The notes below the pieces were generated by a model. The model did not search any database. It was given only the letters and a program-made list of their open reading frames with translations, and had not been told where the DNA came from. Positions 28,347 through 32,000 of a DNA stretch of 32,000 nucleotides are shown here, piece after piece (the stretch's first letter is position 1; every line of letters starts with the position of its first letter). Origin of the DNA: Trichodesmium erythraeum IMS101 (lineage in GTDB: Bacteria; Cyanobacteriota; Cyanobacteriia; Cyanobacteriales; Microcoleaceae); contig NC_008312.1 in assembly GCF_000014265.1 (NCBI RefSeq), positions 4,860,001 through 4,892,000 of the forward strand, in the 5' to 3' direction. The position numbers and the translations under genes are program-made.

Positions 28347-28375
28347 CCTTTCACGGTGAAAGGTAATGCTATACT
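28347..28375 (+). promoter_or_regulatory. Perfect 8-1-8 palindrome next to a TATACT -10-like box, upstream of the 28424 gene
   Basis: CCTTTCAC-G-GTGAAAGG lies at 28347-28363 and TATACT at 28370-28375, 49 nt before the ATG. It could be an operator, or simply a hairpin. Confidence 0.3.
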
Positions 28376-28423
28376 ATGCTCTAAGTAGTTAATCTAACTG
28401 AGAAGAGGTTAAATGTTGCACCA

Positions 28424-28987
28424 ATGACAGAAAAGCCATTAACATCTGCTTTAGCAGAGGCTTTGTTAACAAAGTATGATTTTGACCTGGGTGGTGAAAC
28501 TTCTAAGCAGCTTATTGCTCGTTGGCAGAAAAACTATCAAGTGGAGTGGCTTTCTTTAGCAGTTATTGAAGCATTATATCTTGGACGTTATAAGGCTATC
28601 TCTGTCCAGCAAATATTGACATTATGGGAACGTCGTGGTCAGCCTATTTATCATTTTAACTCTGAATTTCAAAATATTATCACTAGAAATGTGATCACAA
28701 ATTTTACAACTCAGATAGATACTCCATCTTTGTCAACAAAAACAAACCCTAGCTTTTTAGAAGAAAAACTAATAAACCATTCTAAACTTACTTCCCTACC
28801 TTCTAACCCCTTTGAACCAAACTTGAAAAATAAAACTCAAAATTTAATGCAGCAGCAAGTCCCAGTCGAACCATATCAGAACAAGATTAAACACACTGAT
28901 TTTTATACTAAACTTAAAACAGTTCTAAAAAAGAGTCAAGCTTTACAATCATATCCCAAGGAATTGGAGCCAGAAAATGATAAGTAA
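28424..28987 (+). CDS. Conserved-looking hypothetical protein: ~80-aa N-terminal helical domain plus a low-complexity tail
   Basis: 187-aa ORF. The N-terminal segment LIARWQKNYQVEWLSLAVIEALYLGRYKAISVQQILTLWERRG has the W..A..EAL..G+...(I/V)..IL..W...G spacing seen in DnaD/DnaB_2-type domains. This is a pattern-level impression only. Confidence 0.6.
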   Translation: MTEKPLTSALAEALLTKYDFDLGGETSKQLIARWQKNYQVEWLSLAVIEALYLGRYKAISVQQILTLWERRGQPIYHFNSEFQNIITRNVITNFTTQIDTPSLSTKTNPSFLEEKLINHSKLTSLPSNPFEPNLKNKTQNLMQQQVPVEPYQNKIKHTDFYTKLKTVLKKSQALQSYPKELEPENDK

Positions 28988-28997
28988 AAAATGAAAT

Positions 28998-30145
28998 GGC
29001 TTTGTTGCATAAATTTAGCGATATAGCAGCCACCACCATCCTCCGCCAACGCCAACTACTCCCCCAATGGAAGCAACTAGATTTCAATCTTGTAACTTTT
29101 AGGTTTATCTATTTGAATCATTCGGTTTAACATTGCACATTGTACAAATAATTCTACTGCTTGAATATCTCTGTTGTCGTCGTTGTAACTTCTCTCCAAA
29201 TATCATTTTTAGTCCTTACATAGTTGTTTCAGATAAGGAACGCGATGGTAACAAATTTCACGTTTCCATCCATGCTCGTCCCACTTGCCTTATCCTGTCT
29301 TAAGTTTTCATCCCGTGGATGAGGAGTTTCTTGAAAATTGCTATGCTCCCAAATAACCACATCTTTTCGTGGAATAATTGTTGCTTTCACTCCCAACTGA
29401 CTTGCTTTTTCATAACACTTATGTTGATCTTTTACTCCATCGGCTCATACTTGGACAATATCACCTTCATGAACCTCGCTGCGCTCTAGATCACCCTCAT
29501 GCTTGCTCATTAGCAACATTATTAGTTGTAGCTATTGCTGTGAGAATCTTTCCTGTAGCTTTCCTTCGGAATGCTGCGCCAACATTTACACCTAGATATA
29601 ACTTACCCCATATTCTATGTTTACCAAAATCCGTGAATCCTAGTTTTCCATTCTTCTTCAGGTGTAAACTTTGACTCCTTTAGGATCTACTACTAAATGA
29701 ATCCCTTCTGTGGTTAGCATAACTGGTATCATGATATTTGATTTGGGGGACTCTACGGAAGACAGTGCTATGATCTGGCACAGGTAAATCTAATCCCATC
29801 AAGTGAAAAATAGATTCTATAAACCCTTGTGTTTTTCGCCCTGGAAGTCTAAATAAACAACTCAAAGTTACTATTAATTCAATTATCAAATTATTTGTAT
29901 TATTAGATGCTCCTCTAATTCCACTTTTTGTTGTGTTGATTGACCCACTAGTTTATTACCTCATAAGGTGAGCCCATATGTCAAACTATCTCTTTGTTTT
30001 AAAGAACTATTATACTCTGACCAGTTGTTAAGAGGGTATTTAGACTTTGATTTAAATTTGGACTTGGACTTGGGCTTACTTATATTTACTTTTATGTCAC
30101 ATATTATCATTTTTACACTATGGGCATCCGCAGTGCAAAAAAGCC
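28998..30145 (-). mobile_element. Heavily decayed IS5-family insertion sequence (~1148 bp)
   Basis: Candidate terminal inverted repeats are GGCTTTGTTGCA (28998-29009) and TGCAAAAAAGCC (30134-30145), matching 11 of 12. IS5-type transposase remnants lie between them. No clean target duplication. Confidence 0.7.
29076..30110 (-). pseudogene. IS5-family (IS1031/ISL2-like) DDE transposase pseudogene with many stops and frameshifts
   Basis: Minus-strand fragments: YPLNNWSEYNSSLKQRDSLTY; LRLPGRKTQGFIESIFHLMGLDLPVPDHSTVFRR; GVKVYT..EWK; ADGVKDQHKCYEKASQLGVKATIIPRKDVVIWEH..ETPHPRDENLRQ; and, in another frame, AVELFVQCAMLNRMIQIDKP. Confidence 0.8.
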
Positions 30146-30615
30146 TTAGGAAAACCACAATGTGTAGAATCAAGGTGATGTTTTAGGGTAAGTGCGACGA
30201 AGAAAATTGGATAATCAGGCAGTGGAATTATTCCTATAATATGCCATACTCAACCGTATGATTCAAAAAATATCGCTCAATATCTACATGGGTTGAAATC
30301 TAAGTTAACTCCAACTAACAGGTTTTTAGTGTTTCCCAGGGCGATATGCGCGTGTGGAGCAAATTCAGCAGCTATATTGCAACCTTCATGCAATAAAGCT
30401 ACTAAGAACTATAAAGGAAACCATTCGAGAATTATTTATGAGGATATGGTCATGTTTTGATGTTTTCTTTGTTAACTATTACGACTATTTATATTACCCC
30501 ATTTTTCCTTCAATTGATGAATCTTAAAAATGCTACAATTAATTAAAGTTTGACTCAAAATCCTAATCAGTGCAAAATATAGTGTTGATTTAGAATTAAT
30601 CAGATTAGTAAGTTA

Positions 30616-31140
30616 ATGAACATTATTGATTTTTTTGAACTGAGTGCTGGTGAATGGTTTTCCCAACGCACAATTCACAATTTGGTTTCTGGGGAATTAC
30701 AAGCAGGTAAATCAGAAGTCAATGTTGAAATATTGGAAAAAACTGACCCGACATTAATCAATTTGTGCGAACAAAATCAGGTTGACTCTAGTGTAACTAA
30801 ATTAATAGGAGTCAAGATTAGCTGGAATGGTACAAATAATAAAGGACAAGTGAAAGATGTAGGTTCAAGAATGCTGATAATTATTCCTAATTTTGACGAC
30901 CTTAACCAAGGTCAATTATTACAAAATAGAGGAAATGGTAACAGCCCAAAAATCAGTGGTCGCTATATTATGGGGAGTGATGATGTTCTAATGTTGACTA
31001 CAGAGTCAGAGGGTTTGTATGTGGAGGAACGTTTCTGGTATTTAATACCTAATTTGCGGTTACGCACCAGTGTGGTCAACAGGCCACAGGGCTTTAGTTT
31101 AGCTTCTTTTTGCTCGGAAATTCGCAGAGTCAAAAGTTAA
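30616..31140 (+). CDS. cpcS: Phycobiliprotein bilin lyase, CpcS/CpeS/CpeU family
   Basis: 174 aa. The N-terminal signature is MNIIDFFELSAGEWFSQRTIHNL (F..S.G.W.SQRT.H.L), with the lipocalin-like length typical of S/U-type lyases. The exact subfamily (CpcS versus CpeS/U) is not resolvable here. Confidence 0.8.
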   Translation: MNIIDFFELSAGEWFSQRTIHNLVSGELQAGKSEVNVEILEKTDPTLINLCEQNQVDSSVTKLIGVKISWNGTNNKGQVKDVGSRMLIIIPNFDDLNQGQLLQNRGNGNSPKISGRYIMGSDDVLMLTTESEGLYVEERFWYLIPNLRLRTSVVNRPQGFSLASFCSEIRRVKS

Positions 31141-31418
31141 ATGAGTGCATGTTTTTTTTTGAATACCTATAAATATAAAGGCTTCAGAAGTTGGAATATA
31201 CAAAATATTCCAGTTATATCAGAATGAGGTAAAAATATTTAGTACCTTGCTATTAAAGAGTGAGGTTTAAATAAAACTTTTGTGGTATGGGTATCTTACC
31301 CGCTACTTGTATGCCTCACTTCTAACTGGGTAACAAGCTAATTGAAAGCCATATATAGGGATTTGCGTTTAGGAACTCAATAATACTTCAATTAAAACAA
31401 AACCCTTATTGATATAAA

Positions 31419-31458
31419 TAGGGTGTAGTGTGAGGGCTCTGACCTCACAATACACCCT
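31419..31458. other. Strong stem-loop (16-nt arms, one mismatch)
   Basis: AGGGTGTAGTGTGAGG (31419-31434) pairs with CCTCACAATACACCCT (31443-31458) around an 8-nt loop. It lies immediately 5' of the repeated segment at 31462. Confidence 0.6.
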
Positions 31459-31461
31459 CAA

Positions 31462-31497
31462 GGAAAACACATCTAATTTTTTTTACAAATGACTAAG
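31462..31497 (+). repeat. Copy 1 of a ~36-nt repeated segment ending in ATGAC(T/C)AAG
   Basis: GGAAAACACATCTAATTTTTTTTACAAATGACTAAG. The second copy is 249 nt downstream. Confidence 0.7.
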
Positions 31498-31710
31498 AAG
31501 ATAACTTCAGAAGAGACTATGCGATCGCGCAACAAATAACTCTCAAAAAATACCAAAATTTTCAAATCACAGGATGACAAGCGCCTCAAAACTATTCTGG
31601 GAAAAGGTTGAAATATTGTTCATGAAGATGGAAAATTGGAAAACTTTTTGATAATAATAATTATTATTTTTTTTGTGTAGTTTGAGCTTCTCTCAAATAC
31701 TTTCCCCCAG

Positions 31711-31747
31711 GGAAAACGTATCTAATTTTTTTTTACAAATGACCAAG
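31711..31747 (+). repeat. Copy 2 of the ~36-nt repeated segment
   Basis: GGAAAACGTATCTAATTTTTTTTTACAAATGACCAAG. It is preceded by the small hairpin TTTGAG-CTTCT-CTCAAA (31681-31697). Confidence 0.7.
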
Positions 31748-32000
31748 CCAGAATATAATTTAAGAATAGGCTCTGGAATCATATGGGATACTGCCTACAA
31801 TAATTACGAACTCTATAAACAGTTATAACCATCAAAAAAATCTCAACAATAATTAATATTATTATATACAAATCAGCTTTTAAAATAGACAGTTATGAAT
31901 GATAGTTATTATCTAAATAATCTCAATCTTTAACAATAAAAATTATGAAAAAAATAGTATTTATGAGTATTTTAGTGAATTATAAAACCCCTGATTGGAG

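Noticed and set aside
30186-30202. GGGTAAGTGCGACGAAG resembles the IS5 terminal repeat GGAAGGTGCGAATAAG
   Set aside because: Its orientation points away from the IS5 relic and no partner repeat was found. The GGCTTTGTTGCA/TGCAAAAAAGCC pair explains the relic's ends better.
31945-32000. ATG-initiated frame (MKKIVFMSILVNYKTPDW...) running off the window end
   Set aside because: Only 18 codons are visible and there is no SD. It cannot be judged from this window.

Overview
AT-rich cyanobacterial chromosomal segment. Evidence for the phylum: at least 11 HIP1 octamers (GCGATCGC), psbI, a CpcS/CpeS-family bilin lyase and a long HPF/LrtA. I support 15 intact protein genes: FAAL, PrxQ/BCP, HPF, LipB, SSB, a fused sugar-phosphate nucleotidyltransferase/PMM-like protein, a small membrane protein, a SAM methyltransferase, an M50 site-2 protease with CBS domains, a GH38 alpha-mannosidase, a 444-aa orphan, psbI (below the ORF-track cutoff), an LptD/OstA-like protein, a 187-aa conserved hypothetical and a CpcS-family lyase. 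There are also two decayed insertion sequences, one IS701-like and one IS5-family. I found no rRNA, tRNA or CRISPR array. Intact CDSs sum to about 17.2 kb of 32 kb (about 54%, or about 61% with the IS relics). Seven spacers are 0.7-2 kb long. This layout resembles low-coding-density filamentous marine cyanobacteria such as Trichodesmium, but that is inference, not proof. No multi-gene defence or biosynthetic island is evident. The most interesting signals are non-coding. (1) Two recurring sequence modules, called A and B here, are stacked in the hpf-lipB spacer and dispersed at four or more other sites. (2) A 151-bp tandem array runs into the 3' end of the GH38 gene. (3) A degenerate ectopic copy of the GH38 5' end lies 1.4 kb upstream of the gene. 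(4) A hairpin resembling group II intron domain V lies on the minus strand at 27.6 kb. Protein-level oddities: the PMM-like domain lacks the canonical catalytic motifs, and the LptD-like protein has no signal peptide and a ~240-aa low-complexity N-terminus.
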